64,000 nucleotides of DNA, from positions 69,564,001 to 69,628,000 of the forward strand of contig NC_082719.1 in NCBI RefSeq assembly GCF_030144855.1, written 5' to 3'. This document shows positions 41,400-55,200 of this stretch, one piece after another. Source of the DNA: Hypanus sabinus (taxonomy: Eukaryota). Positions within the stretch are counted from its first letter, which is position 1. Each line of letters begins with the position of its first letter. The position numbers were made by a program, and so were the translations under genes. The notes beneath the pieces were generated by a model that searched no databases, was not told the DNA's origin, and saw only the letters and a program-made list of their open reading frames with translations.

Positions 41400-44239
41400 T
41401 ATCTTCACTAAGTGTTCGGAGTGATCCTTGTTTCAAATAAGAGATTACTATTTCATGTCATTTGGAGTTTCATGCAGAGATTTTAATGCAAGTGAGCAAA
41501 AACCATTTTCTTATTCCTACAAAAATAAACAGACCTTTTATGCCCAAGGCTGTTCATCCTTTCTCATGCCTTTACCATCAGCATAGCTCGATACCTAACT
41601 ACAGCTCTATACTAATTGTTCAGTAAATTATGGAGAAGAAGAATTGGTTATATGAGCTCATTGTAAAGCAGTTAATTGGCACTGAAACACTTTAGAAATG
41701 TGTTGGCAATTGAAACATTGATGCATGCGGAAAGAAATCAAAGCAAAGTTTTAACAAAATGAATGGTCCAATAATTGGTGCTTACTGACATTATTTGAAG
41801 GATGGAGAGAGTTTACATGCTATCGTTGAATAATGCCAAGGATTGACTTACAGGAGGTTTCATCTGGATGACAGTGTCCATGAGAGTTTAATGTTCCCTC
41901 TGTTCTGCACTGAATATCAAGTTAGATAGTTATAAATTAGTTAAAAAAAACTTAATCCCTTTAAACATCCAGAATAAGTAAAATCAACTGGATATTTGAT
42001 AATGCAGTTACTGCTTCAAAGTTAAAAGTTCGAAGCACATTTATTATCAAAGTAGGTATACATTATACAACCTTGAGAGTTGATATTGTACCGGCAGCCA
42101 CAAAACAAGAAAACCAAAAGGACCCATTAAAAACAATCCAATGAACTCCCAATGTACAGAGGGAAAAAAAATTGCAAACGATGAAGGCAAGCAAACAGCA
42201 TTCAGAATAAATGTGAGTGCACAGACACGAAGCCTGGAGCAGGCCCACAGCCTCAGCCTCAGTTTATCACACAGAGGAGCAAATTATCGCAGAGCAGGCC
42301 CACAGCCTTCGCCTTTTCTTCTCAAAAATAAATTTATTTTACTTTCAACCAAGGATTCATTACTGCAGCTGTAGTGATGCAAAATAAGCAGCTACTAAAA
42401 TACTGGTTTAAATTATACAGTGAGAAAAATAATTCCAAGTTATAACTCCACGATAATGCTACTGTTTTGTGTTGTAAGGCTACTGCGGTTTAAAGTTTTA
42501 AGTCTGACTTTAAGAATTATAGTTTGTATGTGAAACACAGATAGAAAATATATGACAGCTGTCGGATGGAGAAATTCATGTCAATTGTTGGCGGGAAACT
42601 GATATTTTTGATATTTTCATTGTCTGTGGTGAGTATCTTAAAATAACTTGAAAGGTTAAGTTGAACTGTTAAAAGCTAAACAGGATGTAATGCTTAGTGG
42701 TTTGCTTTGAAATGGAGGTTCAGTTTCAGATTCTGGACTGTCCAAGTCATGCAGGGCAGTTTCAACCGTTTGTCATGGAGAGAGGAGGTGGAGACCCAGA
42801 TAGCAGCAGGAAAGACTAACTTTATAGAGCGAACACATTTTCCTGTTCAAATTTTGATTATCAATCAAAATCATGATCAACTACAAATAAAGAGGTTCTG
42901 CAAATGCTGGAAACTCAAAGTAATACACAGAAAATGCTGCAGAAACTCAGCAGGTCAGGCAGCTCAGTCTACGGAGATGAATAAGCAGCTGAAATTTCAT
43001 GTTGAGACTCTTCATCAAGACTGTCCAGGATGATTTTATTTTCCTTGATGAAAATTTCCACTGAGTTGATGTTATCACTAAAGTCATTACCCATATTCAT
43101 TACCATAGATTTGGGTAAAGCAGTGTGTGGCTAGATTTCAATAGGTTATGTGACAGAAAGACAAAAAAGCACCTGAAGTTGCATAAACCTTTTATTTGAT
43201 GTGAAAGAACACTTAATATGCATAGCATCACTTACATATCTCATTTTACAGCATACTAACGATAGTCACTAAAGCAGGTCAATTCTGTTTAGTGCATGCA
43301 AGCTAGAAAGGTTGAATTATGTCACACAGCTTTGGAATTACACAGTGGTAAAGATCTGCAAAATGAAAAGGTAGATAATGGGTGGTACTCCATACAAATG
43401 CAGAATGTAACTTGCTCTCCTGTAATAATTACAGGAATAATGGTGGGTAATCATAGTATCATAAGCAACCATTAGTTTCGAGAGACCATGGATTTGTGCC
43501 TTGGAAAGTTTCCAGGGTGCAGGCCTGGGCAGGGTTGTATGGGAGACCGGCAGTTGCCCATGCTGCAGGTCTCCACTCTCCACGTCACTGACATTGTCCA
43601 GGGGAAGGGCAAGGGCCGATACTGCTTGGCACTGGTGTCGTTGCACAGCAATGCATGGTTAAGTGCTTTGCTCAAGGACACACCACGCTGCCTTAGCTGA
43701 GGCTCAAACTAGTGACCTTCAGATCACTAGACCAACGCCTTAATCATTTGGCCATGCGCCAGTGGTGGGTAATAGTTACAGGAATAATGTGGGTAATAGT
43801 CACAGGAATAATGGTGGGTGGTCCATGCAGAGGTGGAGCACAGCCTGCTCTCCTGTTTACACTTGCAATTTTCTTTCATTTCAAGTGTTCCAAGTACCAG
43901 GAGTGGGGATTTTTAAAATTAGTTTTCTATCAGTTGATGAGAATCATACCAATATGACCAGCTGTTGTTGTATGCAGGAATGGACAACTTCATTTTCTGA
44001 AGAGTTGCAAATGGAATTGAACTTTGTGTAATCATCAGAAAACACTCAAATTTCTTGATGAAGTAGCTGGAGATGGTTATGCTTTGGACTCTACCAGATG
44101 TGATGTGGAACTTGGATGATGACCCAATACAATCACCATAATCTCTCATTGGGGAAATGGCTCCAACCACTGTGGTGTTTTCTCTTTGACCCTTTTAATT
44201 TCAGTGTGTTTAAATAGGTGTCTTGATTCCACTTTTGGG

Positions 44240-44835
44240 CAAGTGCTGCAGGAGAAACTCAACAGGTCAGTCAGCATCTATGGAGAGGAATAAAAAGTCA
44301 ACATTTTGGGTTGAGACCGTTCATCAGGACTGAAAAAGAAGTAGGCAGAAGCTGGAATAAAAGGGTGGATGAGGGGAGGAGCACTAACTATTAGATGCAA
44401 CCCGGTGAGAAGCTGAAGGCAGAAGAATGGTAGAGGGGGGAAAAAAAGACATTTCTTGAAAAGATGGGAGGTGATAGGCAGAAGAGACAAAGGGCTGAAG
44501 AAGAAGGAATCAGATGGGAAAGGACAGAAGACTATGGAATAGAGTGAAGGAGGTAGGGAATTAGAAGAGGTTGAGGATGATGGGTAGGTCCTGAGAATGG
44601 GGAAAATGATAAAGGGGCCGCAGAGAAAATGGAAGACAAAGTTTTGGGGGGGGGGGTTGTGGAGGAGAGAAAGTAAGAGAAATTGATGTTTATGCCATCA
44701 GGTTGGAGACTACCAAAATGGATTATGAGATGTACCTCCTCCAAACTGTGTCTGACCTCAACATGGTAGTAGAGGAAGCCATGGACAGACATGTCAGTGT
44801 GGGAATGGGAAGTGGAATCACATTGGCTGGCCAGA
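44240..44835 (-). mobile_element. Penelope-like 3' fragment
   Basis: ORF 44532..44792 (LEEVHLI..FGSLQPDGINI); degenerate hammerhead core at about 44295-44333. Confidence 0.75.
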
Positions 44836-46146
44836 GAGAGATGGAGCGAAGTTGCCTCATTAGTATCCAGTCTATACCATGGAGCACATTTGTAGAGTCC
44901 CGAGCATGATAGTAGGAGGCTTTGTTGCAGATATGGAACATCTTCACAATGATTTTAAGATGGTTGCTTCTGCCTAAAGCTATCATGGACAAATGCATTT
45001 GCTACAGGCAGGTTGCTGAGTATGAGATCAAGAAGGTTCAACTAACAAAATGCTGGAGAACTCAGCATCAGTAGCATCTATAGCAAGAAATGGATGGTCA
45101 GTGGTTTGGACTGTCTTAATCTTCTATTATTCCTTGAGATGTTTCACTCAAGCCTTACAGCTTTGCCCTTCAGGTTATGATCATTGGCGATGTCACCAAG
45201 CCACACATGGTGATTAACTTTGAAGACCCTTATACAGAGTTTATTCTGAAGCCTTGCTATTTTTAGTGCTTTTTCTAAGTGTTGTTCAGTGAGGAGGAGC
45301 ACTGATTCACCAACTGAAAAAGATGATCTGTGGTAATTGTGAAGAAGTTTCTTTGCTCATGTATGGCCTATTGCCATGAGACTTCATGAGTCTGTAGTCA
45401 ATGCTGAGGACTCCTGTTCCTTTCAATCAATCTATCACTGTCCCACCACCTCTGCTGGACCTATGTTATGTCTGGACAAGATGTGCCCAAAGGTAGTGAT
45501 ACATTGCTTGTAAGGTTTGATTCAGTAAGTGTAATTACATCAGGCTGAAAGTTGTCTAGTCTGTGAATTTCAAAATTTAGACACCAGTCCCTAGTTGTTT
45601 ATGAGCAGGACTTCACGAATTCAATGGCAGTTGAACCAATTCTGTTGTGTTTGAATTCAATGGCTGGGTCAATGCCATAGGATCTGTCTCCAGATTTACT
45701 TATTTGCTTGAATACAAGGGCAACGGAACAAATGAAAGAAGTGTTGAGTCATTTCAACGGGTACTTAAAAGCCAATTACATGCCAGGAGCTACGTTAGTC
45801 AAAACGAGTAAGAGAAGGGTGGATCTGCTCTCGCAAAAGGGCAGCAGATGGGTTTCAGTGACAATCCAGTGATAAGAGATCATCAGCACTCAAATTAACC
45901 AGTATGTTTTCTTTAACCTCTCCTACCGTTAACTGAATTTAAATTCCACTGTTGTTCTCAAGGGATTCAAACTTGGGTCTCTGGGTTGTTAGCGTAGGGG
46001 TGTCTGTTTTACTAACTCTGGTGACTTAACTTCTTCAGCACCACTATATTCACTACCAAATAACATTTCTGCAGGAAAAAAACACATGACTAGACTCTAA
46101 GACATTATAGCAAGCATTATAACAGTTTAGAACATCACTGAAAACT

Positions 46147-46296
46147 TCATTTTGAAATGATCTTCTTAATCCAGGAGAGGTACTTTTCTGAGAGTCGTGT
46201 ATAAATGCCTGGTTTGTGGGGTACCCCACAACTGCATCCAAAGGAAACAATTCCACTGAATTTTCCCTTGCATACCAGTGGACCCCCTGAATCACC
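46147..46296 (-). CDS. Gene 3 exon 5
   Basis: [49 protein letters not shown]. Confidence 0.95.
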   Translation of the reverse strand, partial: GDSGGPLVCKGKFSGIVSFGCSCGVPHKPGIYTRLSEKYLSWIKKIISK

Positions 46297-49200
46297 CTGA
46301 AATGAGAGTAAGAGAAGGTTCTCATCAGCTGTGTTGGTGTCACTGTGGAAACAAATGCCTCACTTAACAAGGTAAATTGGGAAAAAGAGAAGATGATGGA
46401 TAAAAATATCCTTCACTCATTGAGTGCAAATAATGGCCATGTTAATTATTGGGTTGTCACTCATATAGTTAAGGCAGAAAGACTGATTAGCAGAGAAGTA
46501 TCTCAGCTGCCAGTAGCACATTCATTCATCCTGGTCCCTGTAATCAACCAGATAGGAAAGGCTGTTAAATATCTAAACAACTCATCTGTCGCTAATGGGA
46601 GAATTGATCACCAGACCTATGTTCTGTCCTAGTCTTTAGATCAAAGTGGCCGGGTACAGTTCCCATTCCTCCATATGATACCTCACTTAGTGTTTGTTAT
46701 GCATTCCTAGCCACAAGAGTGCAAGAGGAACCTGCTGTAAAAGGGGTCATTATGGAATTTTGTAAATGGTGCTGCAGGACTGTGAAGCCAGCATGAACCG
46801 CTTGACTCCTCACTGCTGTGTGCCAATGTGCTGAAAAACTGGCATAAATCCCCACCCTCTGCTGGTGCCTCCACAGCAATGCAGAGGTTGTTTTTAAGAA
46901 CTGCTGTGAGGCAGGCAGGAGGAAGCAGTACAGATACTTAGCACTGAGGTGTGGGGCTCAAGGTGAACAGTAGTGCGCCAAGCACACAGACCTCTGGGAC
47001 ACAGTATGACGGAGCTTGAGATGTTGCTGCCAACTCGAACTGACTGAGGTCCTTCTGTCAAGAAGACCCAGATCCGGTTACAAAGAGACTGTGCATACTG
47101 TCTTGTCTAAGAATGGCTACTTTGTGCTGAATATACCTTACTGAATACTTCTGAGGTGCTTATAACATTATAACTGTACCCAACATGGCTTGCTGTGGTC
47201 ACAAACAAGTTTTGTGAATTAGTTTAAATCCTGAAGGAAATGCAAAATTAAAAATTGGCAAATCTTGTCGTACAAATCCTGTTGTGGCGTACATATGGTG
47301 ACGGTGAGGAATGATTACTTCTCTTCTAATATTAATTTGTTTCAACAGCAGTTAAAACCAGTCATATACTGTACATGGGATGTCCCAAATGATGAGGGTG
47401 AATAAATATTTTATTTCTTGCTTTCCTGAATGTTGTTTTTGACTCCTTTGGGAATGTAGCGTCGAAACCTGGTTGGTAGAAGGATCACGGGTTGGCTTCT
47501 ATCCAACAGACATGACAAATCTGTTCCAGGAGGAACAGCCAGAGTATATCTTGTGGCCATATCTTCCTAGAAGTGGAAGTGCTGGAAAAACCATTTGCTG
47601 TATTGCTTTTACCCCAAGGTTATGTTGAACACAACAATATTTGTAAGAGGGATTTCTCAGTTTGTCTCCTGTTACCTAGAAATCTAGAATTTTAGAATTA
47701 TTTTTAGCTCATGCATATACTTACCTGGCAGGAATCTTTACCTCCTTTTTCATCACCAGCACAGAGCACATCTGCAGTTATTGCAGGATGGTAGGCGTAA
47801 TATTTAGAACACAGGTTCCTGTCTACAATAGTTACATTTACTTCTTGCAGCACCTTTGGTGGCTGAGGTTTCCCAACAATAGTAGTCCCCCAACCTGCAA
47901 CACTACAACTATCTCCAGCTTTTGCATCCTTTTCCGAGTTCGGCAGGTTCAGGAAATCCACAAACTTGTTCAGGGTCACTGCTTTCTCAAGCTGAAATGG
48001 GAATTTAAGATATATATCATTTACTCATGGGCATGTTGCGACATAGAGTTTGTTATATGCATACATGCCTCTCATTAAAACTTTTTACAAAATCAGAATC
48101 AGGTTTAATATCACTGGCATTGGTCATGAAATTTGTTGTTTTGCGGTAGCAGTGCTTTGCAATACATAATAATAAAATTATAAATTGCAATATATAGAAA
48201 AATTAAATTAAATGTATAGTGTGGAAAGAGATGGAAAGAAGTACTGAGTTAGTGTTCATGGGTTCATTATCCATTCAGAAATCTGATAACAGACGGAAAG
48301 GTGTTGTTCCTGAAACGTTGAGTGTGTCTTAAGGCTCCTGTATATCTTCCTTGATGGTAGCAATGAGAAGAGGGCATGTCCAGGGCGATGGGGGTTTTAC
48401 TTACAAACCAAAGACCAGGTTTTCTGAAATGATGGCAACTAACATTGATCTTTAAAAAAAACATTGTAGACAATGGTAGTTGTGGCATGGAATTTTCCTT
48501 CCTCATCATTTATTCCTATAAGGTAATATGCTTCAGGAACTTTGCTATCAGCAATAGTAATATTAGGAACTGAGAAGAGCAGCCAATTACATTAGTGAAT
48601 GTATAAACACAGCAAACCAAGGCCAGTGAAAGCACATGATATTCCATGTAACAGGACAATAACAAATTTGGTAAATGTACAAAACCTTAGCTTGACTGCG
48701 GAGCAAGACCTCAGTTGCAACTGACTGTCATTGCACATTTATAGAGGTTAAAAGGAGGGTTTGTTATCATTTTTATTATTTTATACATTTACTTTAAAAT
48801 GTAGTTATGAGTTTTTTGTTTTCCTCTTGCTTGCTTCTACCAACATTTTTTTTAAAGCTATCATCAAAATATTTATTACCTCCTGTCAACTTTTTCTAAG
48901 TCAACGGGTGGAAAACTTGGTTTGAATTGACTGCCTGCTTTATTTGATTTAATTCTTCAGAGTATTCTTTGGAGAATAAAATAAGGCATCAGGTAAAAAT
49001 GGGTGAGCAACCCAAGGTGCTTGGTTTCCTCCTGAGGGCCCTGCTTAAAACAAACCCTTCTCAGCTCTGCTGGGTTGAGCTCAAGTTGCTCTTGGGTGCT
49101 AAGTGTAGGTTTAGTGCATAGAATTGGATATTATTGGTTAATTATTTTGTTGATCGACTCTGTACAAAGCATGCTAGAGATTTGTGACTTGAAACAGTAG

Positions 49201-52200
49201 AAAGAGTCTTTGTAAGGGTGATGTCAAAGTGGGTGAAAGGATAAATGATTTAGAATATTGGTTGATCTTTTGGAAGATCATGAAAACTTGATTCAGAATT
49301 TCCATTTGGGAAATGCTCTTACATTTTAGCCTTTAGTTAGCAATGTCATTAATAAACGGTTTGATGAGATATTTGCAACTAAGATTATTAGTGGATGAAG
49401 ATTTATTTTTCATTCTAAGTATTTCCATCTTTAATATCTCTATTTTTCCCTTTTGGGGTTCTTTTGAAGACCCTGACCTGGAGTTACATGCTGACTTCGG
49501 TTCTTTGCGGGAATGGGACCCGCTCTCGGGGTTTCACAGTATCTGTTGTTCTGCACCCCAAGGGCTCGGCCTTAAGAGTTAGGCTCGGATTTGGAAGCCT
49601 AGGATCTCGGGGCTCCGGAGACAGGTGGATCGAGGGTTGGTATCACGGTAGGATACCCGTGTGTTGTCGGGGACGCTGGGGTAACTGCTGCAGTGTGCCC
49701 AGTTTTTTACGTATAGAGCATGAAAAAAAGTAATGTAATGGACTTTTAGCATCATAAACCAGCAAATTATTTGTTATGTCTCACCGCTTGCTGTGAAAAT
49801 GGAGACACCCCCTTCTCCCTTATTAGGGAGAGAGAGCCTGTGGCATGTCGCAAACTGGGTGAAAGGCAAAGTCTTTGGGGTAACTGCACGTCTGTGTCTT
49901 TGCTATTGCTTTGTTCACGTTTGAGTGCTCAGTGGCGGGTGCCGATGTTTTTTTTTGCCAGTGGGGGGAGGGAGGATTGTTGCTCGCTGCTGCTTATGCG
50001 CGGTTGGAAGGGGAGCTGGGGGGGACTTTGGGGTTCTACAGTTAACTGTTGTTCATTCTTTGGGGGACACCTTTGTTTTCGTTGATAGTTGCGAAAAAAA
50101 GCATTTCAGGATGTATATTCTATACATTTCTCTGATATTATTTTTCAAGTATTTAATTCGTGGGATTGAAGACCCACAGCAGCTACTTGTTGCTCAAATT
50201 GAAACATGGCTATCACTTAAATGAAATATTCTAAACTCAGCAAGTGATAATGAAAGAAAAAGAAGATCCGTACTTGCAGCAGCATGATGTCATTTTCAAG
50301 AGTTTGATTTCTGTATTGTGGATGTGGAAACTGCTTGCGAATATAACGTATTTGTTGACTCTGCTCATTTGCTGAAAGAATATGTGCTCCAAGAACCACT
50401 CGAGGAGGCTGGTTTACACTCATGTACTTAGGTGGTCTATTAATAAAAAAGGATAGAAAAATAATATTTTACTGCCATTAAAGATTGCTTTGCAGAAGTC
50501 AACAGGTTGACAGCAATTAGAATCAAATCAATATGGAAATACAAGGTTAAGCAAAATAATTAACAATTATGCAAATAGTAAATTAACTCCTATTTTATGT
50601 AATACACATGATTTAGGATTGGCCACCTGCTCTGCCAGTGATGGTTATACTGATGCCTTTGGAAGAGTATAGCATATGAAAAAGCCCTTCACCCCACACT
50701 GCACTGAACACACTGCTGAAGTAAACTAAAACTCTTCTGCCTATACATGATCCACTTAACACCAATATCTTGCATATTCGTGTGACTATCTAACAGCTTC
50801 TTAGATGCTACTATTCTATCTTCTACCATGACTCCTGGCAGCCAGTCTAGGCACCTAACACTGCCTGTATGTAAAAGCCTTCCCTGTTCATCTCCTTTAA
50901 GTTCTCCACTCCCACCTTAAAAGCATGTCCTTTCCTATGATGTTTCTACTCTGGGGGAGAAGATTCTGCCTACTCTGTCTATGTCTTGCATAGCTTTCAA
51001 ACTTGTGTTTGGGTGTCCCCACCCCCCAGCTGCCATTGCTCCAGAGAAAACAATGCAAGTTTGTCCAACCACTCTCGATAGCTCAGATCCTTTAATCCAA
51101 GCAGCACCCCAGTAAACCACTTCCGCAGCCTTTCCAGAGCCCCACATCCTTTCTGCTATGGGCTGATGTTTGGGATGTCAATGCCCCAAACGCTACCTAA
51201 CTGAATATAGGTACATCCTCCTTACTCATTTTCCCTGAATTAAGACAGGTGTGCCATATGCATTCTTAATAGAGTCATAGAAAAATAAACTACGGAAACA
51301 GACCCTTTGGCCCATCTGTTCTGTGCCAAACCATTTAAATTGCATACTCCTATTGACCTGCACTAGGACCACAGCCCTCCATACCCCTGCCATCCATGTA
51401 CTTAACTAAACTTCTCTTAAAGATTGAAATTCACCTACGGCTTGTTGCTCACTCTCACGGCCCTCTGAGTGAAGAGGTTTTCCCTTATGTTCCTCTTAAA
51501 GAGACCCCAGCACCAGTCCCTGCGGAACGCCACTGGCCACGGCCCTCCAGCCAGAAGAGCAATCCTCCACCACTACAACATGTCTCTTACGGGCAAGTCA
51601 ATTTTGAATCCAAACTACAATATTATTGTAGATCCTATGCATGTTAATTCATCTGGGTCAGCCTATCATGAAGGACCTTGTCAAAATGCTTTAGTAAAAT
51701 CCATACAGACAACATTCACTGCCCTACCCTTGTCAGACATGTTCATCACCTCCTCAAAAAACCCAATCAATTTTGTAAGACATGCCCTGCTCCATGCAAA
51801 GCCATGCTGGCTGTCATTAAACAGGTCGTGTTTTTCCCAAATGCATATAAGTCCCCTCCCCAAGAATCCTCTCCGATAACTTCCCTACCATGATGCCTGA
51901 AGTTTCTGAACTATTAAATTTATTAAAATGTTAAGGTAAGCTTGTAAAATAATCCTACTCCAAACACTATGTAGGAGTCCATGGCTGGATCTATTTGATG
52001 GAGCAACAGAACCAGGCCCATTATAGAAGTTAGCATCTATTTTATAATCAAACACAATGTTGCTTACATTTCACAGTGTGCTGCAGTTAATACCCAGTTA
52101 TGTCCGATCAAAGCTCCTCCGCAAGAGTGACGATACCCCCTTGGTTTTCTAAATATTTGAAGGGATGCCATGTAAGGTTTTGAATGTGGTTTAACGTCAT

Positions 52201-55200
52201 GACCTCCAATAATTTCCTCTCCATGATCTGTAATAAATAGTAGGCAATAAAATTTATTTCTCATGCTTTTTCTTTATTCAGAATTAAGCTGCGACAGTCA
52301 CTAACATATTGAATGTTTATTAGCCACCCCTAATTGTCCTCAACAAAAGCAGCTCAACTATAAAATAAAAACGGAAAATACCGGAAACATTCAACAGGTC
52401 AGATAGCATCTCTGGAAAGGGGAACAATTAATGTTCAGGTCCAGGGACACTCCACTAGAACCAGAAGGTAACATAAGGAGTAATTTTTCAGTAGCAGAGA
52501 AGATGGGGAAGGATGGGTAGAGCAGAAAAAGGATGAGATCAAATAAGTAAATGCAGGAGTAAGAGCAACTGTTAGGATTAGGTCAAACATGAGGAAATCT
52601 GCAGATGCTGGAAATTCAAGCAACACACACAAAATGCTGGTAGAACACAGCAGGCCAGGCAGCATCTATAGGGAGAAGCGCTGTCGACCCTTCGTCAGGA
52701 CTTCTACCAGCATTTTGTGTGTGTTGTTGTTAGGATTAGGTTATGCCTTTCTGTCTGTATAATGTGGCATCGCTGTCAAGGCTGTCAGACATGACCAGCA
52801 GACCAAACTACACCAAAAAAAATGAAAAAAAAATAACTGCCAAAATGATGGCAGGCAGAAATGACTAGTTCTGATTCAGACAGAAAGAAAGAATGAGTTG
52901 ATAGAGGAATGATTAGATATTTCCAAGTCAGCTTGCTGAGTGATTGTAATGCCATTTGCCCTCATCCCACATAATAACAGAACCATTGACTCTGCATCAG
53001 CCTGTTTCAGGGATTTGAAGTGCTGGTTTGGTGTCAGGATCTTTAAGGCACTTAAAGCTGGGCAATAAATGGAGGTCTTACCTCTCTACAACTGGAGTAA
53101 CATGGCTCCATTCTGTGCCTTGTACATGATGCATGACAGTGACCTTGCAAAGCTTCTTCGACAGTGCATTAGAAGTCTGTAGCTTTGACCACCCAGGAGA
53201 AGGACAGCACCACTTACAAGTCCCCCTCCAGGTCACATAACAGCTGACATGGAAGAAACGTTACTCTGGGAGCATTCACAACATGGACAGCGGCTCTTCA
53301 AGAAGTCAGCTCAGCCTTCTTTAGGGCAAATGAGCAGTAAATGCAGATGTTGCCATTGAATACCAAATCTTGTGAACACACTAAAAATGATAATTATATT
53401 TAAAATATAGTTCCTGCCAGAGTTTGAGGTCAGGTGAATTTGATGATGAAAATGTTTCCTAATTTTGATAGTCCGGGTGACAAGATGTAAAACTGAGACA
53501 GCCACATTGGCATGTGTTTTGGTCATGTTCTGTATTGAAGCATTTTTGGAAGTCTATTTTCTCTACAATTTCAAAAGCTTTAAAAATTAATTTACAACCT
53601 AATAAACTGACAGTTTTATTTGGTATAATTCCTCAGTATGTTCATGGTATTTCTCCATCAGACCAACATGTAATTGCATTTGTTACATTATTGGCCAGAA
53701 GGGCTTTTTTGTTGAAATGGAAAGATGCTTCTGCCCCTATTTTGATACAATGGCTCTCTCAGGTGATGCTATGTCTTAGTTTGAAGAAAATCAGAAGTTG
53801 AACTTTTGATCCTCGACTTGATTTTGAGAAAGGAGGGGGGGTTTATTTGCCCGCTACTATCATCTGATTCGAGTTAATTAATATGGTTTCCTTCTGATTT
53901 TTCTTTAAGTGGATTTGAACTGGCGGGTTGATGTTTTTTTTGGAAGCTTGTATGATGTATAGCTCTGGGGTTGTGCTCCCAATGCGGACTTTTTTTTGTT
54001 TTTGTTTTTTTTTTCAGTTAGGGGTTTTTTTTTAGTTATCAGGGGTTCTTTTTTTTCTTTCAAAAAATATTCTTAACACTTTATTTTCTCTTATTATTAT
54101 TGATATATTGCTTAGCTTTATTAATCGATTATTTGCTAATTTAATTCTTTATTGTACATAATGACATATTGACTTAATGTATCTTTTTTTGTTAATCTTC
54201 AATAACAATTAATAAAAAAGATTTAAAAATGAAGATGAATTTGATGATGAGAATCAGGCTGCGATACTCTCTAGAGTAACACATACAAAGTGTTGGCAGG
54301 TCTCAGCCCAAACTGTCGACTCTTCGTTCCTCCAGTATACGTTGCTCTGGATTTCCAGTATTCCCAGAATATTCTGTGTTTATGATAATCCCTATGAAGA
54401 ATGACCAGGAAAATTGGTTCAGGCTGTGTTTTTGGATGAAAGCCACCCATTTCAGAGTGTCACATTTCTTCAGCTCCCTTAGCAGTCTCCATCCCTACAC
54501 ACTGCTGCTTGTAGTCTTTGATTTCTGTCTAATAGAGTCTCAAAGCCAACCAGTGGTGGTATAGTGCAGTGTGTTGATAGTGATGGGGTGAGGCAGAAAA
54601 CAACCACAAGGAGCTCACATCTTATCAAACAAAATATCTCTATAAAAGAAAGAACTGGCCAGGCAGCGATTGTGACAGATAAACAAAGTTAATGTTTCAA
54701 GGAGGTGGGTTTTCATCAAAACTAGTAAAAACTGAAAATCAGTTGAAAAGAAAGGGGAGAAGAATAAAGAGAATGCGTTTGACCCACAGAGGCTGAATGA
54801 GGTCAATGGTGATGCAGGCGAAGAGAAGATGGCAAAGGTCTGTGAATCTGTTTGGAAGAGGTGGAGATAGAAAGAAATATATGAGGACAAAGGAGTTAGG
54901 GATTCAAATATGCTGGAACTGTGCAATGCATTATCTGCTGGAAATCTAGAAGAGAATGCTGGAGATACCAATGAGATATGTCAGCAACTATGGATAGGAA
55001 AGAACGGATCTTCTGGGTTAATAATTCTTTATCTGAAGTGGCCAGATCATAAACAAGCTGGAAAAGCCTTGTAATCTGAAATTCAATAGTAAATCCTAAC
55101 AGCTGTGAAGAGCCTAGTCTGATGATGACATGTGGTTTGTTTAGCTTGGCAGGCGCTTTGTTAGAACAGAGTAAAAGTACAAGGGGTCTGTTTGAAAGTG

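Noticed and set aside
43440-43820. Short tandem gtgggtaatagt(t/c)acaggaataat repeats around a SINE-like insert
   Set aside because: Only 3-4 degenerate copies; likely slippage plus TSD, and the family cannot be identified with confidence.
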